NCBI GenBank assembly: GCA_000934665.2
Contig: KZ538175.1
Span: 62,001 to 126,000 of the forward strand
Direction: 5' to 3'
Length of the DNA: 64,000 bases
Source of the DNA: Catajapyx aquilonaris
Lineage: Eukaryota
Shown: piece after piece, positions 13,801 through 26,537 of the stretch
How positions within the stretch are numbered: the stretch's first letter is position 1
Layout of the letters: the number at the start of each line of letters is the position of its first letter
Translations under genes and position numbers: made by a program
The notes under the pieces: model-generated
What the model was told of the DNA's origin: nothing
What the model saw: only the letters and a program-made list of their open reading frames with translations
Database searches by the model: none

Positions 13801-16800
13801 TAACTTGATTGCAAATCCACGTGCACAAAGCCCTCATGTAGTTTGAGACCATGGTCGAGCCCAGCCAGTGTTTGGACTTCCTCACATTATTGAGTCCGTC
13901 CTGACGCGGGGAAAGTCCACACACTAGTGGCTCCCACCTCATGCAACCTATGTCGAAGTGCGTGTTACCCCTCCGACATGACACCCGCAAGTGATGAATC
14001 CTTCCCCTATTCACTTAATCACCCAACTCATGCAAGTCAACAAGGCTTGGGCACTAGCTTCCCATTGCACTTCCTCTCGCGGTTTCCACTATGCCGTAGG
14101 GGGTATGAGGACGTCCCATTGTTTGCATGGATCTAGAGTCAACAGAGACTAAATAAGTACCACCCTGTCAGACTCCTGTTACTGGACAAAACAGTCCAGA
14201 TCACCCCATCTTATAGGTTTAGGCCTAGCTTGGGGCCTAGCCCAAAGTGGACATGGGTGATCGGTCCCATGTCTTCCACTCTTGGAGATGCCACCTAGGC
14301 CCAGCCATTCTGGCCTGACTTTCCGTTATGTGGCTGAGAGAGTAAAATGCATTATCACACTTCATCTCCCCCCTTATTTGCACTGGGAAATGACTTTCTT
14401 CCTCTGCCAAATTGGTCTTTCCTTTTCCATCCTTTCGGTCTCGCCCGTGGGTCACGCCCATTCAACAACCTCCCCAACAAAGGGCCAGCTGCTAATGGGT
14501 TTCCAAGTGACGTACCACCCATCGTCACCACAGGTCTGTTTTCACACCATTTGTACGAACTTGAGCACGACATGTCGTCCAAATCCGCCACCATAGATTA
14601 TAATAGCGCGTGGCAAGTTCTGCATTGGAAGGGTAAAACAATTAACACCATGTCAGACTAAGCCTTGTCAATGTGCACCATGTCGGTCAAGTCAGAATCG
14701 CGGTCGGCAAGTAACAATCAAACATTGCTTAACGCAATTTGGCTCGTTCACTACCAATGCAGTTGCAATGTCGGAATTTACGTGAACATTGTTACGTCAC
14801 TCCCAGACTTCCAGCCCCCACAACCGTAGTCATATGTAGCGCAGTGCCATATTTGCCAGTAGAGGACTTCCGATTACCGGATATGAAACCACGCGAAATG
14901 CTATTGCCGCTGGAGGCCCATGACGAGGCAACTCCCATAAAACCGCGCATCACTTGCTGATGAGTAAAGGGCAGATACTCTCGTTTTTATCTCTGCACAT
15001 ATGAATTCATGGTGGCCTGGAAATGTCGCCTGAAATCGATTCTGCCCTACCCATGATCACATTGCAGAAATGCGACCCAGGCATTTCTTCATTATTCGCT
15101 TATTTAGAGCAGGCAGACACGATACTCTGCATATATCTGTCGCGTGGGTTCTGCTATCAAGAGTCCATCAAGAAATCGACTGCAGCGACACACCAGCTCA
15201 TAAAAGGCCCATGTGATCAATCTCCATTCCCGCAAGCAGTGTCTGGCATTAATCAGAAAATACCCAGAGATGTGGGGGGGAAGTTTGTAAAAATGTGCAG
15301 TGTCACACGCCAAGCCACCTTCCAACAAATGGACATGAATCACTCCTGTCAAAATGGCTTCGAGACTGCCGACGGTTCTAGTCCTATACATTACATCGAA
15401 CCCACCAAGCAGATACTGTATATTTTTCTGCCCAAATTACAATCTGAAAAATAGTATCCTGTCGCTATGCAACCATCATCACCTCAATGGCTTTTTGACA
15501 TGGCGCACTTAAAAAATATTTGAAATTGAAGAATCGTAAAAATAACCGAATTGTTACTTAATGAGTACCGGCCAAACACGGCTGGTGGCAAATATTCCGG
15601 TGGATAATTGGGGCATTTACGTTGCATGTTGGCGTGCACTGAACACGGGCGCTCTTTAGTTGAGAGCAAGCAAATGGTGGAGGTGGGAAAATGACCCACA
15701 GCAGTAGGTCAGCCAGATTTGGCGTCCCTATTTACTTCCTTTCCCCCAACTCGGACAGCACGAACGCCCCAAAGTCAAACAATGGTCAGGCTAATGCACA
15801 TGTATAGTGTTGGGTCATACCGTTATTCTGGTTTGGGACAAGCCAGAGGAAAGTTGTGGGCCATTTGTGGGTTTGCGGGCATTTCGTGGGTTTAAACACA
15901 GGCTAGAATCCACAACACGTGAGGTTCATCATACCTACACCTGACCTTCATTAACAAAAAAGTGCCCATGGGAGGTGAGGGGGAGAAGGTGCCCTTGGGT
16001 CATCACGCGTCCTACCGTATCTTGAAAAAACAAGGGAATGGGCAAGTGAAGGACGCAACAGGTTTTCCGGTCGTCACTTACTACTAACCAAAATTGTGTA
16101 ACAAGGCGTCCTGTGGTGCACCGGCAGTAGCCGCCTCTAAATCACCGTAACAGCCTGTCGGTGGCCATCTTCACAGGCCAGAATAATTTCCAAACAATTA
16201 ACTGTCATTATAGCTTGGTTCCCATTATCACTCGGGCTAATGCGATTTAAATATTATAAACTGCACCAATGGACAGAGCAGTTCATCTACAAATTGGTCA
16301 ATATTGATATCCGACTAGATTTCATCACCAAATGAGCCCCCCTAATCAAGTGTGGAATAACAGCAGGGGGTATAGGCAGGAGTGGGTGGGGGCCAGACCA
16401 CTAGTGCCCTGTTTCATAATGCCTCTTGTTGCACCGTCAATATGACCAGGGCTTGAATCATTCGGCGAGTATATTAGGCGTTCCGACACATTATTTTTCA
16501 ACCCATTTACGCCGTATGATGCCCTCTCCCTGGTTGCTGTTTAATTCCAAAATTCAGTCGTTTCAGTCAAGTACATCGATTTTCCGATGCGACGGGGGGG
16601 CATAGCGTCAAAGTAGACAACAGGGGGATTCGAACTGTGCCTGGTCATTTGCTCACACATGCTGCTGCCAAGCTGCATGGAAAATAATAATGCGCCGTTT
16701 ATCGTACTCAACTACCTGTCACTTGCACATGTCACAATGAGTCTATAACGAAGCCTTTTATGCCACAATGACACGGCCGCTCGGTTCGCAATCAAAACAG

Positions 16801-18497
16801 GAGAAACCACTTCAGGACAGACATACTGCACGGTCAAAACAAAAGCCGGCATTATGTATGCTACACGTCTCTTGTTCTGCTTCTGGCCTCATCCGGCATG
16901 TCTTTGAGCTCATTACCCGTCGTGTGTGATCACATATCTGCGGCCGCCCCTGGACAGGCCATCCCATCAAAGAGGGCCATCTGGTAAATCCACGCCACTT
17001 ATGGATGGGCTGGAAGGAGGAGGGTACAGATAATAAAAATGGGCATATATCTCCACAAAGATCAGGGGAAGGACGTCTGCCTTCTCTTCTCTAAACTCCA
17101 TCAAACTTGTGGAGTGGGAGGGACGGGAGGGGGGTGAAGGATGACGGAAAAGAGAGTGGTGAAGGGGCCCTCCTCCGCAAGTGAACCCAGCCTCTGTGAA
17201 AATCGAATATGGACAGTCAGCCCTCTCTAAAAAGAAAAGGGGAGGAACTCCTCGTCCCTGCCTGTATCCATCAAAATCGCAACTTGTTAAGTGCAGCATG
17301 GTCGTCAATCCGATCTTGGGCGATGGGGGATGCGCGCGCAGATGGGCCACGGAACGATGCTCTGGCTGGATTGGAAATGCAGTTGCGCGTGCATGAACGG
17401 CCACGCCAAAAGATGAGGGGGAAATAGATTGACCCAGCACGTATAGGTCAGCAATAGGTAGGTATCCACAAGAATATGTTCGCTTCACTCAGCCGAATAT
17501 TTCAAATCCAGAGAATATCCTGTATAATACACTACACGTCTAGCAGCCCTGCTCGACGGGTGATATGCCTACAGGATATTTCCTATACCGCCAATGCTAA
17601 CAGAATCAAAACTTAATTTCCGCCGCACGCTGTAATTAAGCCTCGCAGCCAAAAATGATGCAGAGTATTTTGGTCTTAGAATAGGCCATAGGACCACCAT
17701 TCCTAAAGCAACCTGAGTTATTGACCACCCTATAATTATGTTAGCCAGCGTATTGCAGCTAATACTGTAATTTGGAATGTACTGTACGCTAATTGAACGG
17801 CTGCCGTCCCTGTAAAAATATATTTCATACTGTTCAGCCATATCTGCAAGTCCATATCTAACCCAAAAAGGCCCGGGCCTGCATGCGCGTACCTGTATGT
17901 ATAAAATAATGATCCACGCTCTTAACCACGTTGTCATCGATTTAGAAAAAAACGGTTTTATGAACACCGCAGCGTATTATGGCATCTGTAAACGAGTTGC
18001 GGTTTCCGCTCGTAATGCGACCATTACGCATAGCTCATGATAGAAGCATGCAATAATGCAACACAACAGCGCTGGACATCCCCATCCCACCACACAGGAT
18101 GCCAATCTACCGGGAGTCCCATAACTCACGGCTCAATCTGGGAATGACGAGTCCAAACTTTGCACTGCCTCTAGTGTTGTAAAACGACTTTGGCGGATGC
18201 TTTCGACTCTTACTCCTTCCGTATCCTCCTCCTCTTTTCCTTTTTTTTTTGTCTGCCTTTGAGACTATTCTCTGAACCTGGCATTTTGTCAGCCAATCCC
18301 ATTCGTAATGGAAACTGCTCTGCCAGACACTTGTTTTTGTCAGCTTTTTTCTCCCTCGACGCTGATGATTGCAAGAAAAAAGAGGACAAAAAAAACTGCA
18401 CGTAAGAATCGTACTTCTGGTCCAGAGGAAAAAGAAATGTATTCTCTCCAGGAGTAGCTCTTCAAGAAAAAGAAGAGGAAAAAAAAACGAGAAAGGT

Positions 18498-18522
18498 GGG
18501 GGGGGGGGGGGGGGGNGGGGGG
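18498..18522. repeat. Poly-G tract containing an N
   Basis: Homopolymer with a single N at 18516. Confidence 0.9.
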
Positions 18523-18928
18523 TGTTCCAGTAGGTAAATTTTACATAAAGGAGCGGCGCTGAATCCGATATCATACTGCCGCAGTCACTTCACAAGTGAA
18601 ACTTGCAATCACTTTCGATGTTCGCAATGAAAATCGATAGTCTGGGTTCGGGGACACTTTCATTTCCTATTGTTTGCTCACCACTTTGGGTAGGATATGT
18701 ATCCGGCGAATCCGACTATGCTGCGGATCGATGCCGCATTTCCCTATCTACACATGACTTCAAAAATAATAAGAGCCTGCTCACTTCTCAGGGCAATGCG
18801 CGACACAAACCTATTCAGATCTGTATCGAATACGTCCACGAAATGTGTACGGTATACGTTCCCAAAGACAGCACATACTGCCGAATATTATATAGCAAGT
18901 GTGTCATGCAACCTTCAGTCTGCACCCT

Positions 18929-18930
<2 letters not shown>

Positions 18931-19011
<81 letters not shown>
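18931..19011. repeat. (AAT)27 microsatellite
   Basis: Perfect trinucleotide run. Confidence 0.98.
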
Positions 19012-19013
<2 letters not shown>

Positions 19014-20660
19014 CCATGAACATTGAGCCATACCATCCAAGAATTCACACAATTAAAAACTGAATATGAAATTAATATCAGAGTGGAGCATAATATTTAT
19101 TATTCGACCTGTACATCCGCTTAAAAGGGCCAATTCGGTATTCTCTGCATGTCCTTTAGAAGATTCCCCATGGGTTTAGAAACAATTGGAAATTGAACAA
19201 AACTACACCCGAAACGGTCGTTAATCAACACAGCTGCGGCAAATAGCATTCCGCTTTTTAAATACATTACCCCCAAAATGAGCGTCTCATACAAATGGCT
19301 GAGGCAAGCAAAGTCGTAAAACTTTCCTACACATTAGTCGCGTAATTAATGCAACTGCCTGGAAAAAAAGGGAATAAAATCCTCTTGCGAATTATTTCGA
19401 CCCTCATTTCGAACGGGCACACTTTCGGGCTTAACTCGGTAAAATTGTTTCTGCATGGTGCGTTGTTCCATAAAGATACAATATGAAGAGAAACCCACTG
19501 CATGTTCCCCCACTTAATTGGGTAACGGTACAAGAGGTTTACTGCAGCCTATGTGACCACCCTAGTGGAAGTCGGAGTTTCGCTGGTCCCCTATACACAG
19601 GGTGCTCCGCAAAGATACCGGCACATTATAATTATACAGTATATAGGGTAAAACCTGCATAGGTAACTTACACAGTATGTATCGTGGGCATACCCATACA
19701 TGAGAAACACAGTAGGTTTTGAGTTAATTTCTCTATACTCTATCGCCTGATGAAGTCCATTTAGTATTAAAAATTCATAATGAGCCAACAAGCCAGGATT
19801 ATCTCACAAATTTCCCTTTCTCAACATTTTAAAAGTCGCTTCCAGAATACATCAACAATCGCTATCCACGATTCTTGGAGCATAAGTCACAAAGCAACAA
19901 CACCCCCGTATATATAACGAGTAATCACTCTGCCTGCCTGCCTGCCTACCCTCAGCAGCTCATCCCCTTGATAAACAGAGAGCCCAGGTCCATAAGTACC
20001 TGCGCAATTTCAGACTTGTCTAAACGATATGTCGCAATCTGCAATAAGCAGGAAACATTTTGTCAAGTAATTCCAACCGGATGGAGGTAATGATCGCGTC
20101 ACAAACAGTTGACTGGTCCGAATAAGTGTGCTCAATTAATTAGGCCGCTCTTTTCAATCGGGGAGTCCCCGGATGGAAGCTCATCACTTAAGCATTGGCA
20201 CTCGTGTCACAAGGACCTTTTTTGCACGTGCTGTAATCCCTATCCTCTGCCACGGAAATTGCTAGCATCCATCACTTCAAAATGAGCGAGCCCCAAATGG
20301 AATATTTCCGCAGAGCACTAGTCAACCGTTCGAGTATCCTTCAGATTCGTTTTCCAACCAGATTATTCCTTCATGCCGGACCACCCGGTTACAAAACAGG
20401 TGAAGATTTTTTTTTTTTTTTTCAGAAAGCGAGAATTCCATCAAATATGCCGCCTTTTTTGGAATTCCGCCACCTGGATTCCGACGGAGAAGTGTGGGTC
20501 ACGCCAGCAAATTATGAACGCTTTTTAAAACTAAGGGAACTATTTTTGTGCTGCCTAACACTCAAGAGCTGGTTTACCGGTGTGACTGCAATTAAGGTCT
20601 CCAGAGGGTATGCGGGGATTTGCCATAAGTGTATGTCCCGGTAGTATACTACACGCTGTG

Positions 20661-20730
20661 CGGGTAGTGGTGTAGTGGTTTTAGGACAGTGATACCACTT
20701 CTGAAGTTCCGAGTTCAATCCCCGTGTCAT
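20661..20730 (+). mobile_element. Degenerate tRNA-derived (Pol III) head, probable old SINE
   Basis: A-box TGGTGTAGTGG (20668-20678) and B-box GAGTTCAATCC (20711-20721) sit at tRNA-like spacing. The cloverleaf is not intact. Confidence 0.55.
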
Positions 20731-23700
20731 ATATGGGACGAGTATCCTACAACTATCGTAAAACATTTCCTTCCCTATATCATGATAAAAGAATGGACTA
20801 TTGAATTTTACTGCTCACGGTCTCTTATACAAGTAACCAACCGCACAAAGTGGAAGGACAATCATTAAATGCACGCCACGTCACGCTTCGTGATATCATG
20901 TCGACAAGGGAGCATTGTCATATTTAACGGTAGGTCAACGCGTCTTTTCTCTTATACAAGCAACAAATCGTAAGCCCATCTCCTTCCTAAAAACAAACTG
21001 TTGCATACAAAATTTGACGGTAAGTGAATAGGCTGGCATGCATAATGCAATATAAAAGGATAAGCGGACATGTATATTCTGGATGGAAATAATAGACTCG
21101 TGATGAAGCGGCCTTTGAGTTCACTAACCATATTTATACAAGCTCGATGTCTTCAAGCGAGTTTTCAACATTACCTATCACATCCCCCTACACCCCTCGT
21201 GCTTCCTTTGAAGTCCGGATCTTTTGTGGGCCTCCAAGCCAACACCTTTGATTGTGTGCACGTGTCAGTACGAAGGTGGAGAAACCTGCATGACCTACTC
21301 TTCCTTTTCAGGTCCACACATGCACCGTAATATAATCAGCTTTATTGCTATTAGAAGGATGCTATACCGCGCTGTTAAAGCGTTGCTCTACTTATTGGAC
21401 GTTACTTTTAGGGCCAGAAATTTCGATTTATATCTCTGTGCTGTTTTATCAATGACGACCACACTTTTTTTGTAGTTTCATATACTGAGCGGCCACACGC
21501 TTCGTGGATGAAACGGCAAAAAAAGGGCACCCCAGTGTTCTGACATGTCTCACGGCGTTAATGTCTATTAATTAGTCTTATTCAGCCAACCTGATCCCAT
21601 GCTAATTGCCACACACTACGCTGCACTAATTCAGTGCGGGCACAAGATTTATACTTACTCGCGAGTAGGAACACATCTCACCCTGTCCTATTGGAGCCCG
21701 GCGCGGCTATTTATAGGTAAAGAAACCCGTTTGTAAAATGAACCCCTAGATATATCCCGCAAGAAGTACGACCATAACAGTCGCGGGGACAAACGACACG
21801 AGCGCTGTTCTGAAATGTCCTTTTTCCCCCCAGAAAGCGAAAAGCGGCAGCAGTGAAGATAACAGCATCTGACTATTCTCCAACGTATTGCGCAGTTAAC
21901 AGGGGAGAGTCCTAATTAGGCCTGAACAATTTGGCCACATTAGGCAGGAAGATGTTCTCCGAAAACCCATCTTCCTTTCCTGGGCCCCACCAGCTATTGC
22001 AGGGTCAACTGTCGCTGCCTACTACACGGCATCCATTTCCATAACAAGTGCGCCATAGCGCCCAGAGAACAAGGGGGGACACCCAGCTATACAATGGTTC
22101 TACCCCCAGCCTTTCTCAACGGCTATCAAATTGCCTAAAATCATCCAACCCCCCCACCAAATCAAACTCCTTGCGATTTATCATCTGGTCGATAGAGGAC
22201 GAAAGGAAATCACGCAAGGTCGGATCATTTTCTTCCGGTATATTGCATTTTTTTATGGCGCCTTCCGCACGCATAGTTGCCACCTTGCTTCATTTTCGTG
22301 TAAGATTGCCTTTCCCAGTGCTGTTTGAATATAACGAATGTAATGCCTGATGGGGTCATACTGCCATGTTTGTTCCAGAAGTCACAATCCTATATCAAAA
22401 CCTAATTGCATAAATAGCGCCACACCCATAAGAACCTACAGATCATATAATCTAGGTTATAAAACTACAACTGTCACAGTATATTTTGTCGGTGTTCAGG
22501 AAGGACTCAAGCTTGACCGGTTATTCGGAAGGGAAATGGTCACGTAGACACTACTATAATTTCATGCTTGTCGTTCCCATTCCCATTCCTTATATCCCAA
22601 GCCGGAGGATCCCATCCGCCAAGAGATTCTGAGCTGAGTGTAGCATTCACAAGTAGGGCCTACAGACTCATCCTCTGTGGTTTCTCGGTTCCTCCAGGCC
22701 GGAATGGGTTTTGTCGTCGCATCCACTTCCTTCCCTTACACAGTATTATAAGGTCTCCAACTGGTTACACGACTTCTAGACTCCAGGGCAGACCTATACA
22801 GACACTTTCCCTCTTATCGGTTATTTTTAATGAGCTTAATTTCAGTGAGCATTGTGGGTCTCCAACTTTAGTAATTGCGCAATAGTGAATCGCAGTCACG
22901 CGTGACAATCGCTATACCTCGGGCGAATCGGAGTGCAGACCTCGCCCAGCATCACTGAGAAATAATAGCCGGACCTGGAACCGCAGCCGTCAGGAGATAA
23001 TGAGGAAGCCAAACACCTCAGAAAACCTGTCCATTCCGAGTAAAGAGTAAATATTATTTTCTCGAACCAAAGCCTGTCCGACGACGCTGCTTTCAATTCT
23101 CTCTATTGACATTTCCTGAAGCAACATTCCTTCCGACACCAAAACGTTCTCCCGGCAAAGGCCCTCGGCTCTGAAAATGGACGACAACGCTAGCCTCCAT
23201 TCTGCCTCAAGAATAATAAATCCGACGTAACCGCTCCCACAGTTGTCGCCATCCGAGGAAATTCGCGGATATTAGACATTTTGTGCACCAATCTCAAGTC
23301 ATACAGCGTAGTTTCCTACCCTCTTCAGCACCTAAAAGACTTTTGAAAGTGTTTACTTCTGGACGTTTTTGGACCATCTGCTTTTCTTCGATCTTCATTG
23401 GCTCCCCTGGCCGGTCGTGCAAAAACTTCCTTCTACTATATTATCTTGACACTTCGTGTCCAACTTCTTCTGGAATCTAAAAGGCTCGTTCATCAACTTG
23501 TTTCTGGGCCTACCAGACTCCTATTTTTCAGAGAAACTGTAAACCAGCAGTTAAGATACACCTTTTTTTTGTTGTTGTTGTTTCGGTCAGAAGAAGAGGC
23601 ACGAGCCTTTAGCTGGTAAGCCACTGAATTCATCCATTACGATTTACAGAAGGCGACAGAGGGAGAAAAAAACACGCACACTCCTCTTTGGTGTGCTTAA

Positions 23701-24283
23701 AATAACGGATGAAAAATGTAACAAGAACGAGGACGTCGGGGTTAGCTAATGTAGCGTATAAATATTACCGGTTCCGTCTGGGGGAAATACGCTATATGCT
23801 GTTCTATTTAAATAAATAAAACGTGTCGACCTCATTTCACTGGGAAATAAAAAGCTACTGTTGAACATTGCTATTTATTCAGCATTAATAATGGAGTTAG
23901 TGGCTCTTTCAACGCTTTTTATTTAGCAGTTTTATACACATCGATGGGTAATGTTGGGACAGTTTACACTCCGGCAATGTAATGATCGAGTTCTTGATTA
24001 TTTAGGGCGGTGATTTATACCAAATCAGTACTTGTACACGTCAGGTCCTCACATGGTTGTTTATCGCTGCGATAGGTTCGTCCTACTATTTTTAATACCC
24101 AGTACACAACTGACTCAAACCTCAAGTATCCCCGACAGGTGACATGAGCCCCATCCAAAGCATACAGGGTACACTAGGTGACAACCTATCCAGCCGCGTT
24201 TCACCACACACCCATGAAAATCAGCCTTCATGGATCCCCCAACAAAATCCGTGCCCAAATCCTCAACAACAAAAACCCCTACA

Positions 24284-24601
24284 AAAATGGCAACACTCGA
24301 TGCCTCAAAAGAGAAGACAAGTTTCTTCTCCACTCCGTTCGATTTCCCATCCATAACTATAATTACACCACGTTGCCGCCTATCGCCCCCACACTCCATC
24401 TCTGTCCCTGTGTCTATTGATGCACCTCGTTACCACCAGCCATCGGCAAAAAAATGGCGGGTGGGGAAGCAAGAAGGGCAAAAAATGGCGGCCCCCAAAT
24501 CCCCGGCTGACACGAGCCAATATGAAAACGATCCGCAGGCAAGCGTCGTAAAGCGGCCGCTGCCTCACCCGATAAATTCGTCCCTATCTGCGGTTTCAGT
24601 C
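24284..24601 (+). promoter_or_regulatory. Cluster of YY1/PHO-like motifs with CCAAT and Inr-like sequence
   Basis: AAAATGGC at 24284, AAAATGGCGG at 24451, AAAATGGCGGC at 24482, AGCCAAT at about 24515 and TCAGTC at 24596. Confidence 0.3.
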
Positions 24602-26260
24602 TTCAATAAACGGGGTGGGCTAGCCCCGCAATTTTCTAGGTGCCGGCACTAATCCTTTGGTCCACTACCGACCATTTCCAGATCATTGACACCTTCGAAG
24701 AGACCTTCTTCGGCTAACATTACGCTTCAATACCTCTCAATTTTCGGGGGACAGGATTGGGTGCGAGAGTCACAAGGATAGTTGGGTGACACAAAAAAAA
24801 ACACACAAACATATACGTGTCATATTTTTGCCCGCAGGCCCCTGCCGAATCTCTTTCCAGCTGGCTGCCTTTGGAACGAATCCAAGGCGCCTCCAGCTAC
24901 ATGGTCGCAATTGCGTTTGACATCTCTTTTCATAGGAAAACAAGTTGGTTCACTGTGGCAATCACTTTTTTGGGTTCCAGGCTCTCCCACAACCGGCTCT
25001 CCTAGAATATGATTCTAAGCGGGGGTTTTCAAGTGCCGGATTTGTCACTTTGTTCGGTGAGTAATGCAATAGTATCCAGTCACAGTGTTTCGAATTGTTC
25101 GGGTAGAGTAAGCCTACTGTTTCCAAGAGTCGTGGGACACTTCATTTTGAAGGGTCTTGGATGACATTACGGTTGTGGTGAATATTTATAGGGTTGAAAT
25201 AACTTGTAATAGCTAGGGGCAAACAAAAAAAAATGGCCGCGCAATTATGAATATGAGCATATTTTTCTGAGGTGCCAGAAGGTTCGTTGCGAGGCAAACT
25301 GGTAACGATCTGTTTATCACAAGTTTACTAGTATTAATTTAAAAGTTGGAGCCAGTTCAGTGCAGCCTCCCATGTTGCCTGTGCGAGAGAGATCGAGGGG
25401 GGTCGGGGGACTGGATTCCTGGGTACGAATAATACGCACAATTCCCTGTAGTCTAACGCGAGCACGGTTCACAATGTCATATAAAGTAAGCAGCTTATAA
25501 CTGCTAAATAAAGGCATTACTGAAAAAGGGCATCTACTAGAGTCAGGGAAATGCTCATCAATGAAGATGGGTATAGAGGTAATACTGACACTTTTCCTTA
25601 TAACTTACATGGGCATAGTTCCTCTTTATATAAACTTTCATAATTTAGTAACTGTCGAGGATTCTCGTCCTTAAATTAATCAGAAATCACACCGCTTCCC
25701 TTCTCATTTCCTCTGTCATTTATCAACCAACAATCAGGATTCCCCTTGTTCCTGTTTAGTAATGGCCTAAACGGTTTGTTGCCTCGCCTGCAAAATAACT
25801 TTTTTTAGGTGCAGAATGTGTGGACGTTACCGAGGACATTACTCCTTTAAACTGCCGGTGCTCCTAAAGTTTCCTCTACTGTATGAGCCTGTTTACTTGT
25901 TCACGCTCTCCTCGCGACTCAGTTTTTACCATTCTGGTCCATCCTAGCACAATATGATGTAGACAAACTCAGTAAAAGACAGAAAAATTCTGCAGATTTA
26001 GGATGAGATGCTAATAACTCACAAGAGTGCAAATAAAAATATGACAGCGCCAAATTGCCTAGAGACTCGCAAACACAAAGGAGTGATGGCTGCCACTCTT
26101 TTAGTCAATAAAACTGGGCTGCAGACTATCATAAAAAGTAAGGTAAAATTTTAATTTTACCCGTGTTAGGACTGGAACAACAATCCACGATTTGCATTGC
26201 TGGGTAATTTGTGTTTCAAAATCATGTTACCCCAAACGGAATACAAATGCGCTGCGGATT

Positions 26261-26537
26261 TTAAAGGACATGACGACTAAGTTGTTTATATATTCATTGC
26301 GGTTTATATTCATCTAATGAATCGCAAATCATCCTAAAAACCAAGCACACTATAGAATATGAACACGCTATTGTTTAAATGACATTTGAATGCGAGTTCG
26401 GGCTTGTTTTAAATCCTCTTGGAAGACCCTGTGTCATCAATAGCATCTTGACAACATAGCCCGACCATTCTCTCCCCTTCGCATGAGTCCCGAAGTCTAT
26501 ATCCAATCTTCGAAGTTGTCACTCACGTTTCCTTTAA
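26261..26537. mobile_element. Possible Kolobok-like MITE with TTAA ends
   Basis: Left end TTAAAGGAcatgacgac versus right-end reverse complement TTAAAGGAaacgtgagtgac. Confidence 0.35.

Noticed and set aside
16620..16680. Isolated B-box-like words (also about 30082 and 56255)
   Set aside because: No convincing A-box or stems; too decayed to call.
18697..19048. Poly-N and poly-Y ORFs
   Set aside because: Translation artefacts of the (AAT)n microsatellite.
20820..20831. GTCTCTTATACA resembling the Tn5 mosaic end or Nextera adapter
   Set aside because: Diverges after 12 nt and is part of a local degenerate repeat.
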